63,917 nt of DNA, taken from contig NC_068984.1 of the NCBI RefSeq assembly GCF_001194135.2, forward strand, positions 40,949,019 through 41,012,935. Direction: 5' to 3'. The stretch is from Octopus bimaculoides. Lineage: Eukaryota. The notes beneath the pieces are model-generated. The model made no database searches and was not told the origin of the DNA. It saw only the letters and a list, made by a program, of their open reading frames with translations. The translations under genes were made by a program, and so were the position numbers. Every line of letters starts with the position of its first letter. Within the stretch, counting starts at the first letter, position 1. Positions 42,565 to 56,190 of this stretch are shown piece by piece.

Positions 42565-42970
42565 NNNNNNNNNNNNNNNNNNNNNNNNNNNNNNNNNNNN
42601 NNNNNNNNNNNNNNNNNNNNNNNNNNNNNNNNNNNNNNNNNNNNNNNNNNNNNNNNNNNNNNNNNNNNNNNNNNNNNNNNNNNNNNNNNNNNNNNNNNNN
42701 NNNNNNNNNNNNNNNNNNNNNNNNNNNNNNNNNNNNNNNNNNNNNNNNNNNNNNNNNNNNNNNNNNNNNNNNNNNNNNNNNNNNNNNNNNNNNNNNNNNN
42801 NNNNNNNNNNNNNNNNNNNNNNNNNNNNNNNNNNNNNNNNNNNNNNNNNNNNNNNNNNNNNNNNNNNNNNNNNNNNNNNNNNNNNNNNNNNNNNNNNNNN
42901 NNNNNNNNNNNNNNNNNNNNNNNNNNNNNNNNNNNNNNNNNNNNNNNNNNNNNNNNNNNNNNNNNNNNNN

Positions 42971-43009
<39 letters not shown>

Positions 43010-43210
43010 ATGTGTTTGTGTGTCTGTGTTTGTCCTCCCAACATCGCTTGGTGTGTTTACGTCCCCGTAACTTAGCGGTTCGGCAAAACAGACCGATAGA
43101 ATAAGTACTATGCTTCCAAAGAAGAAGTCCTGGGGTCGATTTGCTCGACTAAAGACGGTGCTCCAGCATGGCCGCAGTCAAATGGCTGAAACAAGTAAAA
43201 GAGTAAACTA
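43010..43210 (+). mobile_element. SINE family A 3' half, low divergence (5' half probably in the gap)
   Basis: GTAACTTAGCGGTTCGGCAAAACAGACCGATAGAATAAGTACT...GGGGTCGATTTGCTCGACTAAAG...GCATGGCCGCAGTC; CpGs are retained. Confidence 0.88.
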
Positions 43211-43714
43211 ACACAGCAGTGTCTCCAATACTTTCATTGCCACATCATCTGAAATGTGAGGTCTGAAATGTGAGGTCTGAAATATTAAGTTTTAATTAAA
43301 CTATATTTCTCCCTAGCTTTAATTAATCTATTTCACTCAGGGGTAGTCTCAACTGTCAGAACAACACAGTTTCATGATGTATCATAGACGTGCCTCTGTG
43401 TTTAAGACATTTGCTTCATAACTACTTAGCTTTGATTTCAGTCCTGCTGTTCAGCACCTTGGGCAAGTTAACTTTTACTAATGCCTCAGACTGGCCAATG
43501 CTTTCTAACTAAATTTGGTAGATGGAAACTGCACACAGCCCATTGTATGAGTGTGTGAGGTGGGGTGTTTGTTTACATTTGAGCGTCTTCAAGAATTACC
43601 AAGCTCTAAGTGTTAACATTTTTATCATTTCCCCTGTCACAGAATCATCCTGTTCCATTCCATGTCCTTACCACTGAAGGAATATATTTCCTGCAAACAT
43701 CTATCGTTATTTTT

Positions 43715-44095
43715 CTCTTCTACTTGTTTCAGTCATTAGACTGTGGCCATGCTAGTGTACTGCCTTGAAGAGTTTAATGGAACAAATCAACACCAGTATT
43801 TTTATTCTTATGTTTGGTATTTAATTTGGCAGTCTCTTTTGCCAGTCTCTTGAGGATGTACACAAACCAACACCAGCTGTCAAACAGTGTGGGTGGGGGA
43901 CACAAACATAAAGACACACACACATATATTTAACAGTTTTCTACATAATTTCTGTTTACTACCAAATTCACTCACAAGGCATTGGTCAGTCAGGGTTATA
44001 GTAGAAGGCACTTGCCCAAGGTGTCATATAGTAGGACTGAACCTGAAACTGCATGGTTGCAAAGCAAGCTTCTTAACCAAGCATCCATACCTGTA
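43715..44095 (-). mobile_element. SINE family A
   Basis: TACTTGTTTCAGTCATTAGACTGTGGCCATGC...GAAGGCACTTGCCCAAGGTG...GCAAGCTTCTTAACC. Confidence 0.85.
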
Positions 44096-47000
44096 CCTAA
44101 GTTTCTTCTCTACTGTTAATATCTCCTATAAATGTCCAACCACTTTCTCATTTTAGATGCTATCAGTCTTTCGTGTTATATATCAATACAAAATTACTAA
44201 CTGAAGAATGCATTGAACTACCATCTCATTGGGCTTTGGGTTAAATCCATTACGGGTGTTTCACTGTATATCTGTGCTGTACCGTTTATTGATCAGGTCA
44301 AAGATAGAACATGTTCTAGATTTTCAAAAACATGTTTGGAAAAATAAAATGAAGAGGAGACATACAAGGAAACAACTATAGATGCTTGTTCAAAATAGTC
44401 AGCATCATCAAAGATGATTGAGAGCCTCTCTGTGGTTTACTTGACCTGCTGGGAATAGCATCCAGATCTCCTTCAAACCATATCCTATTGCCTTAGATAA
44501 AGTAAGATGCATTGGGTAATGTAATACTTGATAAATAAAATGTTGGAAAGGCGTGTCTTGAACAACTTTCATAAAAGGGTGTTGTTGAGTCACGACTGAC
44601 CTTGGACTATATAACAACAACAACCACATGACTATAATTCACTTCTTTTATAGACAATATGTCAATAACAAGACCAGCAACCACATGGCTTTTTTCATAG
44701 TCAGTATTACAACAACTACCACCTGGCTACAGTTCAGTTATTTTGCATGGAATATGTCAATAAGAAAGGTTGCTTTTTTTTTTTTTTTTCTAAATGTTAA
44801 AAATAAACAAGTGGAGCAAGCAGTCTTTGAACAATATGTTTAAATCATAAACAACAACAATGAAAAGCAAGTTGTTTCTGAGGAGACTTTCCCAACGTTA
44901 AAAGTAGGACAAGTCATTATTTTATAGCTGAATTTGTTTAGCTTGAAAAAGTTCGGAGACATGCCTATTTAACTGTTAGAAACATTTTCCTTGTTTTCAA
45001 GTGATAGTCTTCAGAGTGTTGGTAGGAAACATAATACTGCACAGCACATAGTTTCATTAAATGAGCAGCAGTATGAAAAAGTAATTTTCTTTTCCACCAA
45101 TATAGAGTGGATTTTCTAATTAATTTTTAGATTGCTTTTCTAAGAAAGCATTTTCTAATTAATTTTCAAATCTCTTTGCGAAAAAAAACATTTTGTATCT
45201 AATTAAAATATTTTTAGTTTTCTTTCCAATAGCCTTTTCACATGTAGCTACCTAGGATAACTCCTCAATATCTCAGCATTACTGAATAGTTTGATATGAA
45301 TTCAAGATTGTTTTTAGATAATGAATAAAAAGAAAAATGAAAAGGCTTTGTAACAAGTTTTTGTAAGGGAAGAGGGTTTGCTGAGGATCAATGTCATAAT
45401 ATCAACATCTGCAATTTCCATTTGCAATCAATCCTATATGATCTAAAGTAATGAAGTTGATATAGTTTTCAGATAAGGTGCTCTAAATTAATTATATTTA
45501 TTCTTCAGGCAGTCAGTGATATTGTAAGGCAAGCTAAGTCTGTAATCCATTTCTATTCCCATTATACTTTATTTACTTACATTGCTTGATGCCTTTTGTG
45601 AAGTTAATTAGGCTAATTACCCATTGGCACTTCTGATTATGAACAGTCAAACAGAAAATACAGAAATTTGACATTTTACATGCACTGACTGTTTTAGATA
45701 ACTAGTATCAGTTTTTGTATCAAATCACTATGATAAATCCTTTTTAATGTTGTTTGCTAAAGGTCTTTTCAGAAAAATAATGCTTATTCAGAAATACTGA
45801 TCAGTAATAGATTATTGCATTAATGATACAAGTCTAAAATGTAGATCAGTTACTGAAACTCTGATAGTGGTACGTGTTTGACTGAAAAGGCAGTAGTAGT
45901 AAAGCTATTTAAAAATTAGTCATTGTGATTATCATAGTCATCATTCCTGAAGAGTAAGTTACTTGCCAAATTACTTGAGACTGACATCCACTTACAGACA
46001 TGAATGTGAGTTTAAACAAAAGTTTACTGTAATCTTGTTGTTGTGTAAGGGTAACTGAGAAAGCAAAATGAAAATGCTGACGATATAACTTTAAAACAAT
46101 GTTCAGTAGTAACACTACACTTCATAGAAATTTTGTACTTTTCTAGAGAAGACATTGTAGGCTAAGGCCCTGGTGCCAAAACTTTGGAGGTAGCATACAT
46201 GCAGTAGATGGATTCAGACAAGGTTGGTATATAGCCATCAACTTCCAAGATAAAAAACTGTTATAATAGCAGTGACAGAGACAGAAATTCATTACTCTTT
46301 AATCAGAAGCTTTAACTTGCATGTTCTATCAAGATTCTATGAGGGATGTAGATTGGCAGTTTTGGTAGAGGAATGGACAAAATGACTTGTGGTATTTATT
46401 TACATGTCTTTACACTTTGACTCCAAATCTCTGTGGAGACAACTTTGTCTTTCATCTTTGCAGTTTCACAGTTAATTAATTGTTCTCTATCCCAAAATTT
46501 GAGGCCATGTGTACCATGTAATCAAAGGTAAAACTACATCGTTGGAGGCAATCTTCTAGTGCATGATATTGTATGATTCTTGTTACAAAATCATAAAAGC
46601 GATACCTTGTTGATAAGTTAATGATTCTTTATAGTTGACTTGCCACTTGGCATTAACTTGTGTTACCACAATGCCATGACTTAGAGAATATCCCTAACTG
46701 GCTGGTTCAGGTACTTGGTAGCAATTGCTTTTGTTTATGTCTACAAAGTACTATGTCGAAGACAATAGGGTGTGAAATTGGAGGTTGTTTGACTATTGTT
46801 TCTTGTAGGCTAAGTGAACACATTGTGGCTGTCTCATTAACTAGGCTTCTCTCAGTTTGTTAAATTAAATTAAATAAGCTGTTATTGGTGATATTTATCC
46901 TGGTGAAATGTAACAAGTAGCTTCATTTACAATTTGTTTGAATCTCTTGATACTATCATTTTTTTTTATTCATCAAATTGATTTTAAAACTGCTGGCCAA

Positions 47001-47811
47001 GACAAATATTAAGATGTCATGAAAGTTGGGTGTTGACTAAACTGTTTATGTATACTAACTTTATTAATTTATGGTGAAGCATATCACAGTACATTTTAAA
47101 CTGTTGCATTTGTTAAGTGTTATACTATGTCGCACATGTAACTTGTTAGATCATGTTTGTTATCATTGTGAAATATCTGTTGTCTTGTATGTCTCTAATT
47201 TTTTTTTGCGGAAAAGGCTTTTCTTTAAAAAAAAAAAATCTGTTACTGCAATAAGCTATTAGAAGATGCAAAATTATAACAGAAAAATCGATCCCACTTC
47301 AGACTTCCTTCTAAACCTGTACTAGTGTATTTTATGCATTGTTATATGCAAAAATAACATGTACATAAATAAATGCACATCTTTGCATGCACATGTAATC
47401 TCTTAATCCTGAACATATAATATTACCAGTGCTTTATATATATCTGTGTGTGTGTGTGTGTGTGTGTGTGCATGCACCTATATGTGTGTATATATATCTG
47501 TGTATGTGTGTATCTTCATCATCATAATTTAACATCTGTTTTCCACAATTACATGGATTGGAGAGTTTGCATGGTCTGATGTGCCACAGTGCAGTATCAA
47601 GCCCCTATGCTTTGGCATGGTTCCTATGACTGGATGCCCTTCCTATATGTTCAGGGTGCTTTTTTCATGACATTAGCACTAGTGAGGTCATCAAATAACT
47701 TACAAGATAAAGTTAAGAAAGGGAAAGGAAGAAGCCCTCTTGACTGAGTGAGAATGTATTTCAGAGAAAGGGCGTAGCTTTATATGAGGTGTTGACTTAA
47801 AGTCACCACCT

Positions 47812-47854
<43 letters not shown>

Positions 47855-48044
47855 AGAGTTTGTGTGTGTGTGTGCATATGTTCCTTATGGATTCGAAAAC
47901 TGCATTGTCAATTTTCGAATTTACTAGAAAAATAACCTCAAAAACGAGGTCAGGTTGCACAATTTTGAGGTTTTAGCTAAGGGAGGCAACTCTGCCTGAC
48001 ACCAAACTTGATTTAACAACAAATGTAAACACACGCACACACAC

Positions 48045-48185
48045 ATACACATGTTAGGTTGAGAAGTTTGCTTCTCAACCACATAGTTCCATGTTCAGTC
48101 CCTCTGCGTGGTACCTTGGGTAAGTGTTTTCTACTGTAGCCCTAGGCCAACTACAGACTTATGACTGAATTTGGTAGATGGAAGG
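48045..48185 (+). mobile_element. SINE family A 5' part
   Basis: TTCTCAACCACATAGTTCC.TGTTCAGTCCC...GGTACCTTGGG...TTTGGTAGATGGAA. Confidence 0.78.
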
Positions 48186-48810
48186 TACTGTGTTGTTCAC
48201 CAGAAAATGACCAAAAAACATGTTCGTAAAGAAAAGTTGTTTGCTTCATACTCCTCGTGTGCCGATTCTGTGCATAAGAAAGGAACAAATAATACAATGT
48301 AGCTGTAGGTCATAACACCCAGGCAACACTGGCGTGCATTGCTAGTATATATATATATATATATATAGATATAGATATAAATGTGTGTGCATGCATATAT
48401 GTATGTATATATAGAGTCAACAGATGAGATCCAGAGATGCTCAATATAGAAAACAGTAGCATTCAAATTATTTGAACTTACACTCCAAAATCTTTACTGA
48501 GAGTTAAGTCCGCAGGGTAAAGAGTGGCTAGCTCCTCACCTTATCTCTATACACATACACACACATGTATGTATATGTGTATACTTTTATATATATATGA
48601 ATACACATGTGCCTAGACACACACACACACAGTCATAAGTAAACTTTTCCTACATAATTCAGTAGTAACTTGTATAATCCATCTCATTTATTGCAAATCC
48701 AATTTAACTTTCCTTCCAAATGTAAACTGTCTAAATCAAAGAAATTCAACCTTCATTGCTGTAGCAATAAAATTTTGTCTTATTTTCAATTAATCTCTAT
48801 ATTTTCTCAG

Positions 48811-48893
48811 GTATGCCATTCTATCAAACTGTAAATATCTTAAAACGTCAAGACCGTGTGATAAAAGCTGTTCAAATTCGATACAGTAATACT
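48811..48893 (+). CDS. PHAF1: PHAF1 coding exon 2 (83 nt)
   Basis: ttttctcag|(G)MPFYQTVNILKRQDRVIKAVQIRYSNT|gtaagt. Its phase completes the Gly codon from exon 1. The human counterpart is [27 protein letters not shown]. Confidence 0.92.
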
Positions 48894-50747
48894 GTAAGTT
48901 AAAACAATTTGTTTATTCTCTTCATTTCATAGGAGTGTTCTAAATGCAGGATTACTGCAGGGGCAATTATTCACTTCATTCACATATACACATGCGCATG
49001 CACACACACACACACATTTGATGTGTTGCACTCCTTAACAAAGCTCTTTACTCTGCATTAATCTGCTAAACTAAATGAAAAATAGGTTATATTCTTATTT
49101 CACAACTAAATTGTATGTACTAGGGATGGTGAACTATATCTATTATAATGAACCAACAAGGGAGCGTCTAGGTGGTTGCACTATCTATTAGATCTCCTCA
49201 CACCCTTCCATCTTAAAAAAAAAAAAAAGTGAACAACATACTGGATAAGGGTAGTCGTAAATTTAAAAACTGTTGGTATGTTTACAACTTGAATACCTTT
49301 GATCATAGGTTTGTTTGGTTTGAGCTAACCTGGGGTTAAAACAAAAGCTGTAATAACTTACGGGTATGGATTTAGTTTTTTGAACCCAATAATGTGAATT
49401 AAACTAAAATTACGGCTAAATTTAAAAGGGAATATAAACCTACGAAGCTACTGTTAATGGAAATCACAGTTCAAATATTAATAAACAGTTGATCATTTTT
49501 AACCTATTTATTGGTGGTAGACTGGCTTGTTAAAGTATCAGATACAGTGTGTTATGGTACTCTGTACTCTGAGTTCACATTTTGCCAAAAGAGATCTTTT
49601 AGTAGATTGTACAACTATAGAGAGGCTCCCAACTTTGCCTTTCATCTATTTGGGGGTTAAAAGTACCAAACTTGGGCGGGGAATCAATTCTTCTTTCTCT
49701 CTCCCTCTAAGAGAAAGAAGAAATCAGCTGTGGCTATGCCTGAAGAAGAATGGGTTTCTGCCAGGTTTAAAAACTACCCCTTATATCATGATGAAACCAT
49801 TACAGTTTCGTCAAGAAATGATGATCAAAGACAAAGGAAACAATCTTATATCAGAATGCTGTTCATTTGAGCATTTGTTGATCCAGTTTGCAACTTTCTG
49901 TTTTCAATGACACCTCTGTTGAATGGAAGTATGGAAGTTGTTTTGTTGACAATTTTGAAAATGATAATAGCTAAATTTCAGATTATGTTCAGAATGCTTG
50001 CAAAAAATTGTTTAATAGGTATTTCCCTTTGATTTGGAGAAAAAAATTCATAACCCTTGCAGAAATTGTTAGTGTCTCTCAAAGAGGAGGGGAGATAATT
50101 TTAAGAATTAATCGCTCATAGGGATTGAAAATTTGAGCTTCATTTTCAGACAAAGGACACAAGGAGGCATACTTTGGCCTGTTTTACTTCATGAGCATAT
50201 GTAATCTACTCAAATCTAACAGATCAGTTGTTAGGGATTTATAGATTTTGAAACTGAGTTATAAATTATATTTGGCCAGTAAAAATTGTATAACTAAAAT
50301 GAATTTATCATTTAGCATCTACTTTCTATACTGGTAAGAGTTGGACAGTTTAACAGGAGCTGGCAAGCTAGATGACTGCCCCAAGCTCTAGTGTCTACTC
50401 TAGCAAAGTTTTTACAGGTGGATGACTTACCTAATGCCAACCACTTTACAGAGTGTACTAGGTGTTTTTTATATGGCACTGGCACCAGCAAAAGAGTAAA
50501 AAATAGAGCCATTTCTCAAAGCTTTTGTGTAATTAAGTTAATGAGTGATGTGCTGAATACCATCTTTTGAATTTGATTATATAAAATTATTTATAATTTT
50601 TTTAGTTAATTATCTAATCTTCTTCACCTCATCAACTTGCACTTCCACAATATATTGTTTAAAATATTGATTCGGGTTCATGTCATTCTTCTTTTGTCTT
50701 TCTTTTTCCCTAAGTATTCACATCTTTATTTTTCATTTCTAATACAG

Positions 50748-50831
50748 CAACCTTTACAAATGGATCTGGTTGTAAGTTTATCCCAGGATGGAATCAAACT
50801 GATCTTTGATCCAGTATGTCAACGGTTAAAA
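50748..50831 (+). CDS. PHAF1: PHAF1 coding exon 3 (84 nt)
   Basis: tacag|QPLQMDLVVSLSQDGIKLIFDPVCQRLK|gtaagc. The human counterpart is [28 protein letters not shown]. Confidence 0.95.
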
Positions 50832-51859
50832 GTAAGCAGTCTTCTTTCCTTGTTTTTTTTTCTTCTAAATTTCCATTTTTGCTTTTGTTTTCCATTTGTT
50901 TTTATTAGCAAGTAATTTCAGTAAACCATCAAAACAAAGAGAAAATTTAGAGCTAATATATTTATTATCAAAGAGCACAGTTATTAGATTAGAGGAAGGA
51001 ACTTATTTTTCTTGCCTACAGTCTCACACTTTTGTTTATAACTTTTTGGTAAGTGAGCAAACATCATTATATATTATATATATGTCTATTATATATATAT
51101 ATATTTGTACTGTTATATTGCTATTTATAATCGACTAGTGGCTCTATGTTTTGAAGATATGTAGAATAAAAACTATCTCACTTGAAAAACTAGAGTTAGA
51201 GACAGGAGAGACATCTGGTTGTAAAAAGAATGTTCTAGTAGTATGTATTCATCTAATTCATGCCAGCATAAAAAAAGTAGTTGTAAAAGTAATGTAAAAG
51301 CTCAAATATATACTTTGTAAAACCTAAATTCGATTCTCATATATTTAGAACTAATGATGCATAAAATTGATTTATTAATATTTGGTGTGGTTAGTGTTTT
51401 GTATTCCTGAAGATGACTTAGGGAGTTAACACACATATATTAAGGATTAAACATAGATACAAAATATAAAAGAATTGAAAAAATGTAAATCAAACACATA
51501 TCAAGAGTTTTGATTTATCAAATGTTTCATAAATCTTTGAATACATTGTTATATGATACTTATTGACTCCCCTCCCCCAGCAATCTATTGATTCCTATTT
51601 CTCTTAAGATTTGCCTTTAAAGCAGGCTGTCTAATTAACTTAGAGATAATATTGGAAGGAAGAGCAGTTACATCAAACATAGTCTTTGATACTCAATAAA
51701 ATAAACTCAGTACTCTAAAAAGTAACATTGGCAAATAGCACTGATATCAGTATCTCCCTCACTCTTTCTCATAATTTCCTCTTTGTCTTTTCTTAATAAC
51801 TTCCACTATCTAAGTATAGTTTGGGGGGTTTAAAACCAAGGTATCATGTAAAAAGGCAT

Positions 51860-52130
51860 TGGTGTTGGTGCTGGTGCCATGTAAAAAGCACTAGTGATGG
51901 TGCCACATAAAAAGCATTGGTGATGGTTCCACATGGTTCCACATAAAAAGCACCCAGTACACTCTGTAAAGTGATTGGTGTTAGGAAGGGCTGTAGAAAC
52001 CAGCTGTAGAAACCAAGCCAAAACACTCTATGGAACCTGGTATTGGCCCTGGCCTTACCAGCTCCTGTCAAGCCATCCACCCCATGTCAGCATGGAAAAC
52101 AGACATTAAATGATGATGATGATGATAATA
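51860..52130 (+). mobile_element. Diverged RTE 3'-tail copy
   Basis: GTGCCACATAAAAAGCA units, GGTGTTAGGAAGGG, CCCATGTCAGCATGGAAAACAGACATTAAA and (GAT)n. An oppositely oriented relative lies at ~50310-50490. Confidence 0.75.
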
Positions 52131-52212
52131 ATAATGAAATGCTAATATTTTCTTTTAAATATATTCTTATATATCATTAATAAACGTTTCTATTTGATAT
52201 TTCTTTATTTAG

Positions 52213-52256
52213 ATCATTGAAGTATTTTGTATGAATAAAGTTAAATTAAAATATTG
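52213..52256 (+). CDS. PHAF1: PHAF1 coding exon 4 (44 nt)
   Basis: ttag|IIEVFCMNKVKLKY-TG|gtgagt. The human counterpart is VIEVCDLTKVKLKYC. Confidence 0.93.
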
Positions 52257-52633
52257 GTGAGTATCTATTTCAGATTTTGTTAATAAAAAATCTTATTTTG
52301 CTATTGAGTTGAATATTTTGCTAAATTCACAATTATACATATATTCTTTACTCTTTATTCATTGTTTGCCATTATAGATAAATAGTTTTACATGAAGTTT
52401 GTTTCTGGGTGGATTTTATTTGTCTAACTTGAGTCCTATAAAAATTTACTGTTACCTATTAAGTGTCTTTCTAAATGAATGCCTTTCAAGCAATTTTTCT
52501 TTGGCAGCAGTTGTCCAGTCTAAACAATAAATGCATTGTGTACTTAAAGTAGTTTTACAACATTCCTCCTGCAAATACTGCACAGGTCCATTCAAGAGCT
52601 GTTTCACCACGTTTCAAACTTTATTTTTTCTGA

Positions 52634-52774
<141 letters not shown>

Positions 52775-53526
52775 TAGTCACTTAACATTCCAATTGTTCA
52801 TGCTTTAGCAGAATGAAATGACTTTAAAGTTTACATTGTGTTCACACACTCTAGTTTTTGTATTGTAATAATATTTTGAAGTGTATTAGAGTGTTAAGGT
52901 AATAAAACCAGCAGAGCATCAAATAAAGTTATTTGCCATATTAAGTTATACTCTTTTACATTCTGAACTAACTCGTTTCCTGCCTAGGTCAACTTCACCT
53001 TTCATCCATTAGTAGGATGATAAAAATTAACACTTAACAAGTACTGGAATTGATATAATTGATTATATCAGACCCTGTCACTGTTCCTACCAAAACCTGA
53101 AACCTTGTGGCTGCCTTAGATATCAATATTTTGAAGTCCATTTATTAATATAATGAATATAAATATTTAATACTAACTGAAAGCTGTTTTGACAAAGTTG
53201 TCAGTTTGCATTAATTGAATGATGAGAATATATTATTTAGATCATTGACACCAGATGGAAATTTTTTAGTTATATATGGGTCAAAGGATAGTTTCCATGA
53301 CAACATAAAATATGATATACTAATCAATATCAGTTTACTGATATATAATTGATATCTTGTCTTTGCTACACAACATGATTATTTCCAAATAGATTTTTTC
53401 ATGCTCACTTCATTAGATATGGTGATAATACTTACTTAATTATTCTTTATCATGTAGATGTAGAGTGGGGGATGGGGTCTGAGTATTTAACCTCAGAACA
53501 CTAGAAATGTACAGAAAATAGATTTT

Positions 53527-53670
53527 GTCAAATGTCAGAAGGAATACTTAGAAGTAGTAGATAGCTTCCTTTATCTGGGTGACAAAGTCAGCAGTGGAGG
53601 TGGATGCTCCAAGAGTGTAGCTGCTAGAATAAGAATAGGCCGGGTAAAGTTCAGAGAGCTTCTACCTTTG
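53527..53670 (+). mobile_element. RTE RT fragment
   Basis: Translates as VKCQKEYLEVVDSFLYLGDKVSSGGGCSKSVAARIRIGRVKFRELLPL (YLG motif). Confidence 0.85.
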
Positions 53671-53834
53671 TAGACTAAGCCCAGTATAAAAGATCTCATG
53701 AATAGTTTATTAAGTATATTAAATGCACTGTAATCCTTTCATGATCATGGAGAAATCTAAATCAGCCACTTTGGTAAATTCTTAAACATAGTGGGTATAG
53801 ATGGTGGTAACAAGAGAATAATTATTGTCTAGAC

Positions 53835-54123
53835 CAGTGCTACTCAAAATGGTCGTCTGTGAGCCGGTGCCGGTCCATGAGCCATCAGCTGCTGGTATGC
53901 AGCAAGTTTCCAAAAAAGAAAGAAACATTATAAAATAATTATGTAATATTGTATTATTTGTTTACAAAATAAATATAAGATAAAAAAAATTGTCAACTTT
54001 TATTATATTCATTATATATATTGTTTCTGGTATAAATTAATATTACTAAGAAATATTACCGGTTCCTGGTACATTGGGAAAAAAACTGCCAGTACACCAC
54101 ATCAAATAGTTTGAGAAACACTG
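53835..54123. mobile_element. hAT-Charlie-type MITE
   Basis: TIRs CAGTGCTACTCAAA / TTTGAGAAACACTG (12/14 complementary). The 8-bp TSD is GTCTAGAC / GTGTAGAC (7/8). Confidence 0.85.
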
Positions 54124-54500
54124 GTGTAGACTAGCCCAGTGTAAAAGATCTCATAAATATTTTATTTAATGTATTAAATGCATTGTAACTACAAAGTTAT
54201 AAAAGCTTTGATTTTCAGCAAGGTTCAAACTCAGACAAACCCAATCATTGACTGCTCATTATATTTTCTTTCTATCGATATCATTCATTATTGTATGACC
54301 TGTTGGATTCTCTTGATTCTTATTGATTGATTGATTAGCAGTAATTCCCTTTTGCTTTCTAATCAAGTGGAACATCTGAATCCAGTCCTCAAACTTAGTG
54401 AAAACTGTAGTTGCCTGTAATAATCAAGTTGATTTGTTGTTATTTTTTATGCCATGTTCAAGTTGTGTTAATATTTCATTTCTCCTCTTTAAATTTTCAG

Positions 54501-54580
54501 TGTATAATTCCGAGAAACAACTTTTTGTTTTAAATTTCCGTGGGCTTTCCTTTGATTTTCCAATTGAATCCAAATTTGAG
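54501..54580 (+). CDS. PHAF1: PHAF1 coding exon 6 (80 nt)
   Basis: ttttcag|(V)YNSEKQLFVLNFRGLSFDFPIESKFE|gtttgt. The human counterpart is VYNSAEQLFHLNFRGLSF. Confidence 0.95.
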
Positions 54581-54680
54581 GTTTGTTTGCTTTTTAAATA
54601 TTTGATTTCATTTTTTGTTTTTTATTATCAAAACATTAAAAATAGCTTACTGTAACTATACAATAATACAATAATGATTT

Positions 54681-55057
54681 GTGGAGGTGCAATGGCCCAG
54701 TGGTTAGGGCAGTAGGATCGTGGTTTCGATTCCCAGACCGGGCATTGTGAGTGTTTATTGATCGAAAACACCTAAAGCTCCACGAGGCTCCGGCAGGGGA
54801 TGGTGGTGAACCCTGCTGTACTCTTTCACCACAACTTTCTCTCACTCTTTCTTCCTGTTTCTGTTGTGCCTGTAATTCAAAGGGTCAGCCTTGTCACACT
54901 GTGTCACGCTGAATATCCCAGAGAACTACATTAAGGGTACACGTGTCTGTGGAGTGCTCAGCCACTTGCACGTTAATTTCACGAGCAGGCTGTTCCGTTG
55001 ATCGGATCAACTGGAACCCTTGACGTCGTAAGCGACAGAATGCCAACAACAACAACA
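54681..55057 (+). mobile_element. tRNA-derived SINE family C with (CAA)n tail and 13-bp TSD
   Basis: A-box TGGCCCAGTGG, B-box GGTTTCGATTCC, (CAA)n tail, and ACAATAATGATTT at both 54668-54680 and 55058-55070. Confidence 0.9.
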
Positions 55058-55722
55058 ACAATAATGATTTACATATGTCTGAATCTTTAGTTATATTTAT
55101 TGAGAGAGAGTAGGAAGTTGTGTCATTCATGCCCTTTTCAGCTTTAGAGAAGAATTTCCAATTAAGAATTGAAAAGAAGCTTAGACTCAGTGGACCACAA
55201 ATGTACTGATGTCTCTTGGTACCTTGTATACAGGTTATGAAGGTCATTAGTATATAAAAATAAAAAGCAACTCTGAGAAGCATTTATACTATAGTTATCA
55301 CTGTAAGTAACTGTTCTCCCAAGAAACCTGATACCTTGATCTATGGCTTCCTTTGGCACCTTCAAAATAGCACAATTTGTTACAAGATGAAAGTTTTCCA
55401 GCAGAGTTTGATCCCATGCCCTCACTTCCATCTCATTTTGGCTGGTGTCCTGGCAAACACAGGATCTCAAGAAACCCATCCATAAATCGTGGTTCCTTCT
55501 TAACTTTTCTCACAGATTTTAGGTTAAAAGCCTGCTCTTTTTACCTCCTTTGTCTAAACCTTAAGAAATTATCTTTCTTGAGTTACTCTAACAATATTTC
55601 ATTTATATATTCTTATTGTATCTACCAAACCATAATTACAGAATTACCTTATTTATATCCTTAAATTTGTTTTGATAACAATTACATTAATGTTACTTGT
55701 CAACACTTATTGTAGATCATAA

Positions 55723-55962
<240 letters not shown>

Positions 55963-56039
55963 TAAGTAAATCATTAGCTGAAAGCTCATCTTCAAATATT
56001 TATTCTTTTATTGAATCTCCTTACCAACAGTCACTGTGT

Positions 56040-56190
56040 ATCTCTCTCCCTCTATCTCTCTCCCTCTATCTCTCTTTCTTTCTCTATCTCTCTCTTCCCT
56101 CCTCTACCTTCTCTATTACTCTTTGCTTCTGTTATTTTCTCCTCTTCGCCCTTTCACTATTCCTCTTTCATCACTCTCTCTTCTATCTGA
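56040..56190 (+). repeat. CT-rich low-complexity tract
   Basis: Directly visible; a similar tract lies at 22290-22630. Confidence 0.75.

Noticed and set aside
54683-54745. tRNA-like sequence
   Set aside because: There is no complete anticodon arm, and it is followed by a SINE body, tail and TSD. It is a SINE head, as are the family A and B heads.
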